NCBI RefSeq assembly: GCF_004104415.1
Contig: NZ_CP034669.1
Length of the DNA stretch: 64,000 nucleotides
Strand: one strand, 5' to 3'
Origin: Corallococcus coralloides
GTDB lineage: Bacteria; Myxococcota; Myxococcia; Myxococcales; Myxococcaceae
In this document: positions 1-8,818 of the stretch, in pieces
Layout: the number at the start of each line of letters is the position of its first letter
How positions within the stretch are numbered: position 1 is the first letter of the stretch
Notes under the pieces: model-generated
What the model saw: only the letters and a program-made list of their open reading frames with translations
Databases searched by the model: none
Told to the model about the DNA's origin: nothing
Translations under genes and position numbers: made by a program

Positions 1-1347
1 CACCGACTCCGGGGCCTCCACCTGGAACTCGCAGTGCTCCAGGGCGAACCTCGGCGCGAACCGCGCGGCCACCTCGCGCACCACCTCCGCGACGTCCACC
101 TCCTCGCGCTGCAGGCGGAAGGTGCCGGCGCTGATGCGCGACACGTCCAGCAGGTCGTTCATCAGCTCCGTGAGCCGGCGGACCTGGCGGTGCCCCGTCT
201 CCACGTGGGCCTCGATGACCGGGGCGAGCGGCGAGTCCGGATGCGACTTCACCGCGCGCGAGAGCGCCTGGAGCTTCAGGCTCAGCGGCGTCAGCGGCGT
301 CTTCAGCTCGTGGCTCGCGACGGAGAGGAACTCGTCGCGCAGGCGGATGGCCTCGCGCGCGCCGTGGAGCAGCCGCGCGTTGTCCACCGCGAGCGCGGCC
401 ACGTTCGCCAGCTCCTGGGCGAAGCGCAGGTCCTCGTCGTCATACCGGCGGCTGGAGGTGGTGAGCAGGAAGGTCAGCGCGCCCAGGATGTGCCCCCGGG
501 CAATGAGCGGCACGGTGAGCAGCGAACGGACGCCCACCCGCCGCATCGTCTCCAGGTGCTCCGCGTCCTGCGCCACGGACTGCATCACCGCGTCCGTGAC
601 CTCCGGCACCAGGGTGGACCGGCCGGTCGCCAGCGCCACCGCGGGAGGATAGACGGGCCGCTCCTGGGGCACCGGCGTCAGCCGCTGCACGGTGGCCGCG
701 AGCGGCGCCTGCGAGGGATCCGCCGCCACCACCTGGACGCGCTCGAAGTGGCCGTCCGAAAGCAGCACGTCCACGATGCACCAGTCCGCGAGCGCCGACA
801 CCGACAGGTTCGCCAGCGACGCCAGCGTGGCGGAGGCGTCCAGCGACGACGCGAACAGCTCGCTGGCCCGCGCCAGGAACCCGGCGCGCTCCTCGCCCAG
901 GACCTGCGCCTGGATGTCCACGCAGGTGCCCACCCATTCGCGCACGCAGCCGTCCGGCCCCATCACGGGCACGCCCCGCGCGAGCATCCACACGTACGCG
1001 CCATCCACGCGGCGCAGCCGGTAGCGCGTGGCGAAGCGCTGCGTGCCCGCCTTGGCCCGCTGCCACGCCGCCAGGGCCCCGGCCTGGTCATCCGGGTGCA
1101 GGGCGAGGAGCCACCCCTGGTTGCGCAGCTGCTCCGCCGTCTGGCCGGTGAAGGCCGTCCACGACGGAGAGACGGGCGTCAGCGCATCCCGGGCGGGGTT
1201 CGTCGACCAGGTGACCTGCGCCGCGGTCTCCAGCAGCCGGCGGAGCCGCTCGGTCTCCTGGCGCAGTTGGGCCACCTCCTCACGCAGGGCGGCCTCGGCG
1301 CCGACAGGAGGCGTGGAGACGCGGCTCGGTTCCGTGAGGGGGGACGT
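1..1347 (-). CDS. Sensor histidine kinase (PAS-GAF-HisKA-HATPase); 3' end lies beyond window start
   Basis: Minus-strand frame ending at nt 1 translates cleanly: ATG at 1345-1347, GAF-like 'VRSLLTVPLIARGHILGALTFLLTTSSRRYDDEDLRFAQELANVAALAVDNARLL', HisKA H-box 'FLSVASHELKTPLT', 'NDLLDVSRISAGT', C-terminal 'FRLQREEVDVAEVVREVAARFAPRFALEHCEFQVEAPESV'. Not in ORF track because it runs off the window. Overlapping + ORF 34..2403 is R/H/G-rich antisense artefact. Confidence 0.75.
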
Positions 1348-1359
1348 CATCGTGGTGCC

Positions 1360-2376
1360 TCAGTACACGTTGTACTTGGCCCGAAGCGCTTCGTGCTCCT
1401 GCGCGTTGCGCGACGGGTGGAGGACCTTCCGCGCGTCGTGCAGGTAGTACCAGTAGTCGCTCTTCACCGGCCGCAGCGCGGCGAGCAGCGAGTCCACCGT
1501 GGGCGCGCCAATGGGGCCCGGCGGCAGGCCCGCGCGGGTGCGCGAGTTCCACGGATCCGAGTTGTCCCGCAGCCGCTTGAGGAACGCCTTGCGGTCGTTC
1601 CACTCCGCCAGCTCGTAGCGGCTGGTGGCGTCCACACCCAGCGGGAAGCCCTTGTCCACGCGCTTCCAGAGGATGCCCGCGACGAGCGCGCGCTGGGACG
1701 GCACCGGCTCCTCGCGCTCCAGCATGGAGGCCATCACGACGATGTCGTGCAGCGACCGGCCGCTCTTGGCGATCTCGTCCTTGTGCGCGTCGTAGAAGCG
1801 CGCGCGGAAGGTGTCGATCTGCCGCTGGATGAACGCCTCCACCTTGAAGTTGTCCGCGATGATCCCGTACGTCTCCGGGTAGAGGTAGCCCTCCAGGCTG
1901 CGCACAGGCAGCGGGAACGGCGCGGCGAAGTTGCTCGTGCGGCTGGCCGCGGCGATGTACTCGCCCGGTTTGATCAGCCCCTGGGCGGCGAGCACCTGGT
2001 CGGTGTCGCGCAGGCGCCAGCCTTCAATCATCGCGAAGGGCACGTCCTCCGGCAGCGGCTGGCCTTCCAGGGCGGTGGCCAGCTCCGCCACGGAGGCGGT
2101 GGGGCTGAGCATGAAGCGGCCCGCCTTCACGTTGAGGCTGCCCCGGCGCCACAGGTGGAAGCGCCACACCTTGGGGTCGTCCAGGAAGCCCTGGGCCTGG
2201 AGCTGCTGGCCCAGCGAGCGCGCGGACGCGCCCTTCTTCACCACGAACTCCTTGGGAGCCGGATCCGCCGCCGCATGCGGCGCGGTGGTGGCGTTCTGGA
2301 AGTGCATGAACACGCCGCCTGCACCCGCGACCGCCAGGACGATGAGCACGAGGAGCGCGACCAAAATCTTCTTCAT
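1360..2376 (-). CDS. mltG: Endolytic murein transglycosylase MltG (YceG-like)
   Basis: ORF 1360..2469; internal start MKKILVALLVLIVLAVAG (signal anchor) at 2376; YceG-like body 'KEFVVKKGASARSLGQQLQAQGFL...IEGWRLRD...GYLYPETY'. Upstream extension of the ORF lacks protein-like composition. Confidence 0.8.
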   Translation of the reverse strand: MKKILVALLVLIVLAVAGAGGVFMHFQNATTAPHAAADPAPKEFVVKKGASARSLGQQLQAQGFLDDPKVWRFHLWRRGSLNVKAGRFMLSPTASVAELATALEGQPLPEDVPFAMIEGWRLRDTDQVLAAQGLIKPGEYIAAASRTSNFAAPFPLPVRSLEGYLYPETYGIIADNFKVEAFIQRQIDTFRARFYDAHKDEIAKSGRSLHDIVVMASMLEREEPVPSQRALVAGILWKRVDKGFPLGVDATSRYELAEWNDRKAFLKRLRDNSDPWNSRTRAGLPPGPIGAPTVDSLLAALRPVKSDYWYYLHDARKVLHPSRNAQEHEALRAKYNVY

Positions 2377-2502
2377 GGGGCGCCAACCTATCAAAGGCCC
2401 TGACGCTTCCAACGAGAACCACCGTGCGCCCGGCCGGGCAGGCGGACGCAAGCGCCCCCTTCTCAACACCCGCCGGCCCCCCTGCCCCCTCCGGACGGAG
2501 GG

Positions 2503-3291
2503 TCAGCTCGCGAGGATGTGCAGGGACAGCTCGTTGGGCGTGAGGACTTCACAGCCGTCGCGGGTGACGAGCACGGTGTGCTCGAACTGGGCGGACAGGC
2601 TGCCGTCCGCGGTCACGACGGTCCACCCGTCCGGCATCATCCGGATGTCCGGCCGCCCCAGGTTCACCATGGGCTCGATGGTGATGACCATCCCCGACTT
2701 CAGCGTGATGCCCGTGCCCGCCCTGGCCACGTGCGGCACGTGCGGCTCCCCGTGCATCTGCCTGCCGATGCCGTGGCCTCCGAACTCCTCCACCACGCTG
2801 CACCCCTCCGCCTTCGCCAGCGCCATCACCGCCGCGCCAATGTCCCCCAGCCGCGCGCCGTGCCGCACCACGGACACGCCCACGTCCCGGCAGCGCCGCG
2901 CCACGTCCACGACGTGCTTCGCGTCCGCGGAGACTTCACCCATCATGAACGTGGCGGACGTGTCGCCGTGGAAGCCGTCCAGGTGCGTCGTCACGTCCAC
3001 GTTGACGATGTCGCCGGGCTTCAGCACCTCATCCGTGCGCGGGATGCCATGGCACACCACGTGGTTGCGGCTGGTGCACACCGTGGCCGGGAAGCCCTTG
3101 TAGCCCAGCTGGCTGGGCGTCCCACCCCGCCGCGCCGTGTCCTCGCGAACCCACGCGTCGATGTCCGCCGTCGTCACGCCCGGCTGGAGCCGGGAGCCCA
3201 CGTGCGCCAACGTGCCCGCCGCCGCGCGGCCCGCCAGCCGCAGCCGCTCCACTTCACTGCCCTTGAAGAGAGGAATGCCCATGCCGGGCAA
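2503..3291 (-). CDS. map: Type I methionine aminopeptidase
   Basis: 262 aa; metal ligands and motifs 'HGIPRTDEVLKPGDIVNVDV', 'DTSATFMMGE', 'FGGHGIGRQMHGEPHVPH', 'ITIEPMV' typical of MetAP1. Confidence 0.9.
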   Translation of the reverse strand: MPGMGIPLFKGSEVERLRLAGRAAAGTLAHVGSRLQPGVTTADIDAWVREDTARRGGTPSQLGYKGFPATVCTSRNHVVCHGIPRTDEVLKPGDIVNVDVTTHLDGFHGDTSATFMMGEVSADAKHVVDVARRCRDVGVSVVRHGARLGDIGAAVMALAKAEGCSVVEEFGGHGIGRQMHGEPHVPHVARAGTGITLKSGMVITIEPMVNLGRPDIRMMPDGWTVVTADGSLSAQFEHTVLVTRDGCEVLTPNELSLHILAS

Positions 3292-3384
3292 GGTGGCACC
3301 CGCCCGTCCGGAGCGTCCAATGCTGTTCTGGCATGACGCGGCCCGGGTGCACGGCGCGCACGACTCGCGCTAACCTCCCCGCGC

Positions 3385-3681
3385 GTGAGCATCACGCACC
3401 TCCAGTCCTTCGTCGCGGTGGCGGAAGAGGGCCACGTGGGCCGGGCCGCGCTCCGGCTGCACCTCACCCAGCCGCCGCTCAGCCGTCACATCCTCGCCCT
3501 GGAGGATGAACTGGGCACGCCCCTCTTCGAGCGCGTCCCCAAGGGCATGCGCCTCTTGCCCACCGGCGAGGCCCTGCTCCAGCACGCGCGCCGCATCCTC
3601 GCGGAGGTGGAGGTCGCCACCCGCACCGTGCGCGAGGCGGCCCAAGGCTCCGGAGCCGCCTCCAAGCCGCCCGCCGCCTGA
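3385..3681 (+). pseudogene. LysR-family regulator, N-terminal HTH fragment only (98 aa; truncated)
   Basis: 'MSITHLQSFVAVAEEGHVGRAALRLHLTQPPLSRHILALEDELGTPLFERVPKGMRLLPTGEALLQHARRIL' is a canonical LysR wHTH but ORF stops after ~98 aa, abutting the 3' end of the helicase gene (3685); no co-inducer-binding domain in any frame downstream. Confidence 0.45.
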
Positions 3682-3684
3682 CGG

Positions 3685-6246
3685 CTACGACCAGGCGGCC
3701 ATGCCGCCAATGCGGCGCAGCATCAGGATGGGGCCGTCGTCCATGCGCCGGCCGCGCAGATCAATCTCACAGTCGATGACCCAGTCCCCATGGCCCTCCG
3801 GGTCCATGATGCGCTGCTGGGCCTCCCACTGGCGCGTTCCTGCTTCCTTGAGCTGCGTGTTCGCCGGCTTGCGCGCCTGGGGCGTGAGCACCACCAGCTT
3901 GTGCTCCTCGAAGTACGGAGCCATGGCCTGCTCCAGCTTCGGCGCGGTCCACTCGCCCAGCGCGTTGTCCAGCATGCCCAGCGCGTCCAGGTAGCGGCGC
4001 TGGCCCAGCGCGCGCAGCAGCCGGTGCAGCTCCTCGCGCACGCGCGCGGCGAAGGCCTTGGGGTCCTCCGTGAGCTCCTTGGGCTTCAGGTCCACCACCG
4101 GCTTCACTTCGACGGGGGCCTCCGGGTTGCGCATCCGCTCCCACTCGTCCAGGAGGCTGGAGTCCACCTGACGCAGCGTCGCGCGGAGGTGGTCCAGGAT
4201 GTCGTCCAGGTCCTCGTTGCGGAACTTCTCCGGCACCGTCTGCACCAGCGACTTGTAGACGTCACCCACGTAGCGCAAGAGCACGCCCTCGCTGCGCTGC
4301 AGGCCGTACTCGCGCACGTAGTCGTGGAAGGACATGAAGCGCTCGAACATGTCCCGGACAATGGACTTGGGCCGGATGTTCTCCTCGCCCACCCACGGGT
4401 GCTTCTTCGCGAAGGCGTTGAAGGTGCCGTAGACGAACTCGCGGTTCGGCTTGGGCCACTCCAGCTTCTCCAGCTCCTCCATGCGGTCGTCGTACTCCAC
4501 GCCCCGCGCCTTCATCTCTTGGATCTTCTCCCCCTTCAGCTGGTGCAGCTGCGCGTACAGCACCACGTCCGGGTTCTCCAGGATGGACTCCACCAGCGTG
4601 ACGACGTCCAGCGCGTACGTGTCCAGCGTGGGATCCAACAGCTCCAGCGTCTCATGCAGGTACAGGGACAGCGTGTGGTTGAGGCTGAAGTCGCGCTGCA
4701 GGTCCTCCGACACCTCCACCGTCGCCGAGTGCTTCTCCCACTGCACCACCTTGACGATGCCCGCGTCGCGCAGCGTGCGGAAGTACATCGCCGCGTCCTT
4801 CAGCAGCTTCTTCTTCGTGTAGTCGGAGCTGTGCGAGCGCATCACCAGCTGCACCAGCCGCTTGTAGCCACCGCTGCCCTCCGTCTTGTCGCTCTGCAGC
4901 AGGTTGAGCAGCAGGCCGTGGCTCACGTCGAAGCGCGACTCCAGCGGCTCCGGCAGCCCGTTCTGGAGCCGCTCGAAGGTGCTCTTGTCGTACTGCACGA
5001 AGCCCTTCTGCGGCGGCTTCGCCTTGGGCGACTTCTTCTTGCCCGCGGCCTCCTTCGCGGCCTGGCGGATGTTTTCAATCATGTACTCCGGGGCCTGCGC
5101 CACCACGCTGCCCTCGGTGTCGAAGCCCTTGCGGCCCGCGCGGCCGGCGATCTGCTTGAAGTCGCGCACGCTCAGCGTCGTCAGCTTCTCGCCGTTGAAC
5201 TTGAACAGCTGCGTGAAGAGCACCGTGCGGATGGGGATGTTCACGCCCACGCCCAGCGTGTCCGTGCCGCTGATGACCTTGAGCAGGCCCTGCTGCGCCA
5301 GCTTCTCCACCAGCAGGCGGTACTTGGGCAAGAGGCCCGCGTGGTGCATGCCGATGCCGTGGCGCAGGAAGCGCTGGAAGTCCTTGCCGTAGGGCGTGTC
5401 GAAGGGGGCGTCCAAGAGCGCCTGGCGGATCTCCTCCTTCTCCTCCTTGGTGTTGAAGTCCACGGACATCAGATTCTGCGCCTGCTCGGCCGCGGCCCGC
5501 TGCGTGAAGTTCACCAGGTACACGGGGAACTTCCCGCGCGCGATGAGGTCCTGGATGGTCTCGTGCAGCGGCACCTCGCGGTAGTCGAAGTCCAGCGGCA
5601 CGGGGCGCTCGGAGCTGCGCACCGTGGCCACCTCGCGGCCGGTGAGCTTCTCCAGGCTCTGCTCGATGACGTGCGTGTCGCCCAGCGTGGCGGACATCAG
5701 CAGGAACTGCGTCTTGGGCAGCGCCAGCAGCGGAATCTGCCAGGCCACCCCGCGCTCCTTGTCGGAGTAGTAGTGGAACTCGTCCATCACCACCGCGTCC
5801 ACGCGCGCGGAGGCGTCACGCAGCGCGAGGTTCGACAAAATCTCCGCCGTGCAGCAGAGGATGGGCGCCTCGCGGTTGATGGACGCGTCGCCCGTGAGCA
5901 TGCCCACGTTCTCCGGGCCGAAGGCCTTGGAGAGCGCGAAGAACTTCTCGTTCACCAGCGCCTTGATGGGGCACGTGTAGAACGACACCCTCCCTTCGGC
6001 CATGGCCTTGAAGTGGAGCGCCATGGCCACCAGCGACTTGCCGGAGCCCGTGGGCGTCTTGAGGAACAGGTGCTTGTCGCTCAAGAGCTCCAGGATGGCC
6101 TCCTCCTGGGCGGAGTACAGGGAGAGGCCGTTCGTGGCCACGTAGCCCACGAAGCGGTTGAGGATCTCGTCGGCATCGAGGGGGGGCTCGCCGGGCTTCG
6201 GCAGCAGGGCGGCGAGCGGGGCGCGGGTGTCGGCGGAGGCACTCAT
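3685..6246 (-). CDS. DEAD/DEAH-box helicase with DUF3516-type C-terminal region (Ski2/Lhr-like)
   Basis: 853 aa; motif I 'KTPTGSGKSLVAMAL', II 'DEFHYY', III 'SATLG', VI 'QIAGRAGRKGFDTEG'; long helical C-terminal extension characteristic of DUF3516 helicases of high-GC bacteria. Confidence 0.85.
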   Translation of the reverse strand: MSASADTRAPLAALLPKPGEPPLDADEILNRFVGYVATNGLSLYSAQEEAILELLSDKHLFLKTPTGSGKSLVAMALHFKAMAEGRVSFYTCPIKALVNEKFFALSKAFGPENVGMLTGDASINREAPILCCTAEILSNLALRDASARVDAVVMDEFHYYSDKERGVAWQIPLLALPKTQFLLMSATLGDTHVIEQSLEKLTGREVATVRSSERPVPLDFDYREVPLHETIQDLIARGKFPVYLVNFTQRAAAEQAQNLMSVDFNTKEEKEEIRQALLDAPFDTPYGKDFQRFLRHGIGMHHAGLLPKYRLLVEKLAQQGLLKVISGTDTLGVGVNIPIRTVLFTQLFKFNGEKLTTLSVRDFKQIAGRAGRKGFDTEGSVVAQAPEYMIENIRQAAKEAAGKKKSPKAKPPQKGFVQYDKSTFERLQNGLPEPLESRFDVSHGLLLNLLQSDKTEGSGGYKRLVQLVMRSHSSDYTKKKLLKDAAMYFRTLRDAGIVKVVQWEKHSATVEVSEDLQRDFSLNHTLSLYLHETLELLDPTLDTYALDVVTLVESILENPDVVLYAQLHQLKGEKIQEMKARGVEYDDRMEELEKLEWPKPNREFVYGTFNAFAKKHPWVGEENIRPKSIVRDMFERFMSFHDYVREYGLQRSEGVLLRYVGDVYKSLVQTVPEKFRNEDLDDILDHLRATLRQVDSSLLDEWERMRNPEAPVEVKPVVDLKPKELTEDPKAFAARVREELHRLLRALGQRRYLDALGMLDNALGEWTAPKLEQAMAPYFEEHKLVVLTPQARKPANTQLKEAGTRQWEAQQRIMDPEGHGDWVIDCEIDLRGRRMDDGPILMLRRIGGMAAWS

Positions 6247-6298
6247 CGGGCCCGACTCTAGGGGTTGGCGCTGGGGCCACCGTGAAAAATCGCGCGGC

Positions 6299-6733
6299 TC
6301 AGCGGGAAACGTACAGTCCCACCGCGATGCGACCCTCCGTCAGGGGTCCGCCGGCCGCGGGGCGCTGCCAGCACACCCGCCCCGCCTGCTCCTGCGACAG
6401 GCAGGGCACGTCCGTCACCTCCAGCGAGGCTCCGGCCAGGCGGGCCTTGCGCACGGCGGCGCTCCGCGTCAGGCCCAGCAGCTCCGGCGCGGCGGGCGGT
6501 GTCGCCTCGGGGCCCTGCTGGACGAAGAGGGCCCGCACCTCACCGGGGCCACCGGGGGTGAAGCGCATTCCCGTCCCGTCCGCGGTGACCCCGCCGTGCA
6601 GCTCCAGCTCCACCGGCCCCAGCACGAAGGGGCCGGCGCCGAGCCGCGCCTGGACCCGCGCGAGCGACTCACGCAGGTCCACCAGCAGGGCCTCCAGGTC
6701 GATGGCGTCGCTCATCGCGCCAGGGGCCTCCAC
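6299..6733 (-). CDS. Hypothetical protein with C-terminal PASTA-like domain; last gene of 11-gene operon
   Basis: 144 aa; C-terminus 'PELLGLTRSAAVRKARLAGASLEVTDVPCLSQEQAGRVCWQRPAAGGPLTEGRIAVGLYV' fits PASTA consensus; N-terminus helix+hairpin 'LEALLVDLRESLARVQARLG...VELELHGGV' may be a degenerate copy of the operon's repeated module. No signal peptide. Confidence 0.5.
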   Translation of the reverse strand: MEAPGAMSDAIDLEALLVDLRESLARVQARLGAGPFVLGPVELELHGGVTADGTGMRFTPGGPGEVRALFVQQGPEATPPAAPELLGLTRSAAVRKARLAGASLEVTDVPCLSQEQAGRVCWQRPAAGGPLTEGRIAVGLYVSR

Positions 6734-6752
6734 CGTGGCGTGGCGCCCCGGC

Positions 6753-7421
6753 TCACTTCAGCGTCCCGGGCGTCGTGGACTCCAGGACGGGCGAGCGGGT
6801 GGGCGTGCTGGTGGGGGGGAGCTTCCCGCCCCCGGTGGCTTGCACGGTGAGCACCAGCTCGGTGCCGCGCGGAAGCAGCGTCCCCGGCTCGGCCGAGGCC
6901 GAGGTGACCAGGGCGGCGTCCGCCGCGCCGCTGGGGAACCGGTGCGGCACGCCAATCGCGGACAGCAGCAGCCGCGCGTCGCCCACCGTCTTGCCCACCA
7001 CCGCCGGCACCACCACCAGCGCCTCCGCCTGGGGCGAGGGAGGCACCGGCACCACCCGGAACTTCAGCCGCGACTGCGCCGTCAGGTTGTAGGCGAAGCG
7101 GTTGGTGTAGCTGGCGTCCATGGGCGCGCCGTACATCTTCAGCCGCGTCCGTCCATCCGTCCGCTCCTCCGCGGTGATGGACAGCGCCACGGCGATCTCC
7201 GCCTCGGCCTCGGGGATGTGGTACCAGGTCGGCCGGTAGCCGATGCGCTGCAGCTCCACCGCCAGGTCCTCGTCGGAGGCGTAGAGCTCGCGGATCCGCT
7301 CGATGGTCGCCGCGTCCAGCTCCCGCTGCGCCTCCGCCACGCCGCGGCCCACCGAGGAGATCAACGCGCCCAGCGGCGCGCTCAGCGCCTCCAGTTGGGG
7401 GACGTCATTCGAATCCGCCAT
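6753..7421 (-). CDS. Repeated-module paralog (copy 6) fused to C-terminal PASTA-like domain
   Basis: 222 aa; module 'LGALISSVGRGVAEAQRELD...WYHIPEAEAEIAVALSITAEERT...YNLTAQSRLKFRVVPVPPSP' then PASTA-like 'VVPAVVGKTVGDARLLLSAIGV...VTSASAEPGTLLPRGTELVLTV'. 3-nt gap to next gene. Confidence 0.55.
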   Translation of the reverse strand: MADSNDVPQLEALSAPLGALISSVGRGVAEAQRELDAATIERIRELYASDEDLAVELQRIGYRPTWYHIPEAEAEIAVALSITAEERTDGRTRLKMYGAPMDASYTNRFAYNLTAQSRLKFRVVPVPPSPQAEALVVVPAVVGKTVGDARLLLSAIGVPHRFPSGAADAALVTSASAEPGTLLPRGTELVLTVQATGGGKLPPTSTPTRSPVLESTTPGTLK

Positions 7422-7424
7422 GGT

Positions 7425-8156
7425 TCAGCCCTCCATCGCCTGGCCAATGATCAACTGCACGGGGCCCGAAGCGAGCGGCTTGCCGGGCTCCGGAATCTGC
7501 CGCAGCACGCGCCCCCACTGCCCGGGCTCCTTGACGAAGAGCGGCATCAGGTCCACCCGCAGCCCCGCCTCCGCCGCGCGCCGCCGGGCCGCCGAGGCCG
7601 TCAGCCCCAGGAAGCCTGGCACCTCGCGGGCGGGCGCGTCGCCCGGCTCGGGCGCGGCGGGAGACTGCTCCACGAACTGGGCCTCCGCCTCCGTCACGCC
7701 CTCGGGCGTCGTCTCCGTCCACCGCACGCGCACGGTGCTCAACCGCACCGTCGTCAGCGACGAGCGCACCGACTCAATCTGCTGGCCCGCCGACTTCAAC
7801 TTGTCGGACAGCACCAGGGACGGGGGCTGTTCCAGGGCGGGCTCCTTCGTGGGCTCCACCGCCGCGGAGGACACGGCGCGGACGCCCTCCCTCGCGGGCT
7901 CCAGGACGACCATCGTCCCGTAGTCGATGAGGGTGCTGCTCATCTTCACCGGGAAGGTGGCCACCCCGGCGGAGTCCAGCCGGAGGTGGGAGCCGAAGGT
8001 GGCGCTGCTGACCTCCATCTCCAGCACGCCCTCCTGGTTCGTCACCCCGGTGTCGCGCAGCTCGAAGGTGCCCGCCTTCGCGGGGACCCACCACGCCACC
8101 TTCATGCCCGCCACGGGGACTCCCGTGGCCTTGCGGAACACGGCCCGGACCTTCAT
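7425..8156 (-). CDS. CarboxypepD_reg/Big-like domain protein with C-terminal PASTA-like domain
   Basis: 243 aa; 'KATGVPVAGMKVAWWVPAKAGTFELRDTGVTNQEGVLEMEV' resembles carboxypeptidase-regulatory-like beta-sandwich; C-terminus 'VPGFLGLTASAARRRAAEAGLRVDLM...VLRQIPEPGKPLASGPVQLIIG' PASTA-like. ATGA overlap with upstream gene. Confidence 0.5.
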   Translation of the reverse strand: MKVRAVFRKATGVPVAGMKVAWWVPAKAGTFELRDTGVTNQEGVLEMEVSSATFGSHLRLDSAGVATFPVKMSSTLIDYGTMVVLEPAREGVRAVSSAAVEPTKEPALEQPPSLVLSDKLKSAGQQIESVRSSLTTVRLSTVRVRWTETTPEGVTEAEAQFVEQSPAAPEPGDAPAREVPGFLGLTASAARRRAAEAGLRVDLMPLFVKEPGQWGRVLRQIPEPGKPLASGPVQLIIGQAMEG

Positions 8157-8818
8157 CGAGCCACCTCGCAGGACAGCGCCAGCGTCCGCGACGCGGCGTC
8201 CACCGTGAGCGCCAGGATGCGGGCCTGCTCGCCGGCCGCCACGCGCAGCGTCGTCCGCGCCTCCCCGGCCGCGTCCGTCCTCACCACCGCGAGCACCACG
8301 TCCGTGCCCGCCAGCGGCGCCACGCCGGACAGCGACTGCGTCGTCCGCCGGTCCAGGTTGAACTCCACCTCCACGCCCGGCAGGGGCTCGCCCGCGGCGT
8401 TGCGCACGCGCACCACCACGCCCGGCACGCCCCCGTCGCCGAGGACGCAGCGGGCGTCCAGCACCACCGGAGGCAGGCCCTCGTTGGCCGGCACCGCGAC
8501 GAAGCTGCCGCGGATCACGCTGACAATCTCAGTCTGCGTCTGCGAAGAGGCCACGTCCGCCAGCCGCACGGGCCGCATCTTCAGGATCTTCCCGGTGGCC
8601 ACCGGTCCGGTGGTGGTGGTGGACGTCTCCACGCGCAGGTCCATCCGCAGCTCGAACTCCAGCTTCGGCACGTAGTAGGTGAACTGGCGGCCGGGGGCGC
8701 CGGCCGCGGAGATGCCCCCCAGCTCCTGCTGGGCCTTCGCCAGGCCGTCGGCCAGCTCGAGCAGGTACTCGTCCAGCGTGCCGAACAACTCCTGCGCCTG
8801 CTGTGTCGTGTCACTCAT
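8153..8818 (-). CDS. Repeated-module paralog (copy 5) fused to CarboxypepD_reg/Big-like domain
   Basis: Track ORF 8153..8857; start MSDTTQQAQELF at 8818 gives 8-nt 'ATGAGTGA' overlap with upstream stop. Module 'LDEYLLELADGLAKAQQELG...FTYYVPKLEFELRMDLRVETS...TQTEIVSVIRGSFVAVPANE' then 'VPGVVVRVRNAAGEPLPGVEVEFNLD' beta-sandwich. Confidence 0.55.
   Translation of the reverse strand: MSDTTQQAQELFGTLDEYLLELADGLAKAQQELGGISAAGAPGRQFTYYVPKLEFELRMDLRVETSTTTTGPVATGKILKMRPVRLADVASSQTQTEIVSVIRGSFVAVPANEGLPPVVLDARCVLGDGGVPGVVVRVRNAAGEPLPGVEVEFNLDRRTTQSLSGVAPLAGTDVVLAVVRTDAAGEARTTLRVAAGEQARILALTVDAASRTLALSCEVAR

Noticed and set aside
34-2403. 789-aa + strand ORF spanning the histidine kinase and mltG region
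   Set aside because: Translation is R/H/G/L-rich low-complexity typical of antisense reading in 70% GC DNA; opposite strand encodes recognisable HisKA/GAF and MltG domains.
3790-6261. 823-aa + ORF antisense to DEAD/DEAH helicase
   Set aside because: No domain content; mirror of a well-supported gene.
6282-8675. 797-aa + ORF antisense to operon genes
   Set aside because: Ser/Arg/Pro-rich nonsense; opposite strand has coupled, paralog-supported genes.
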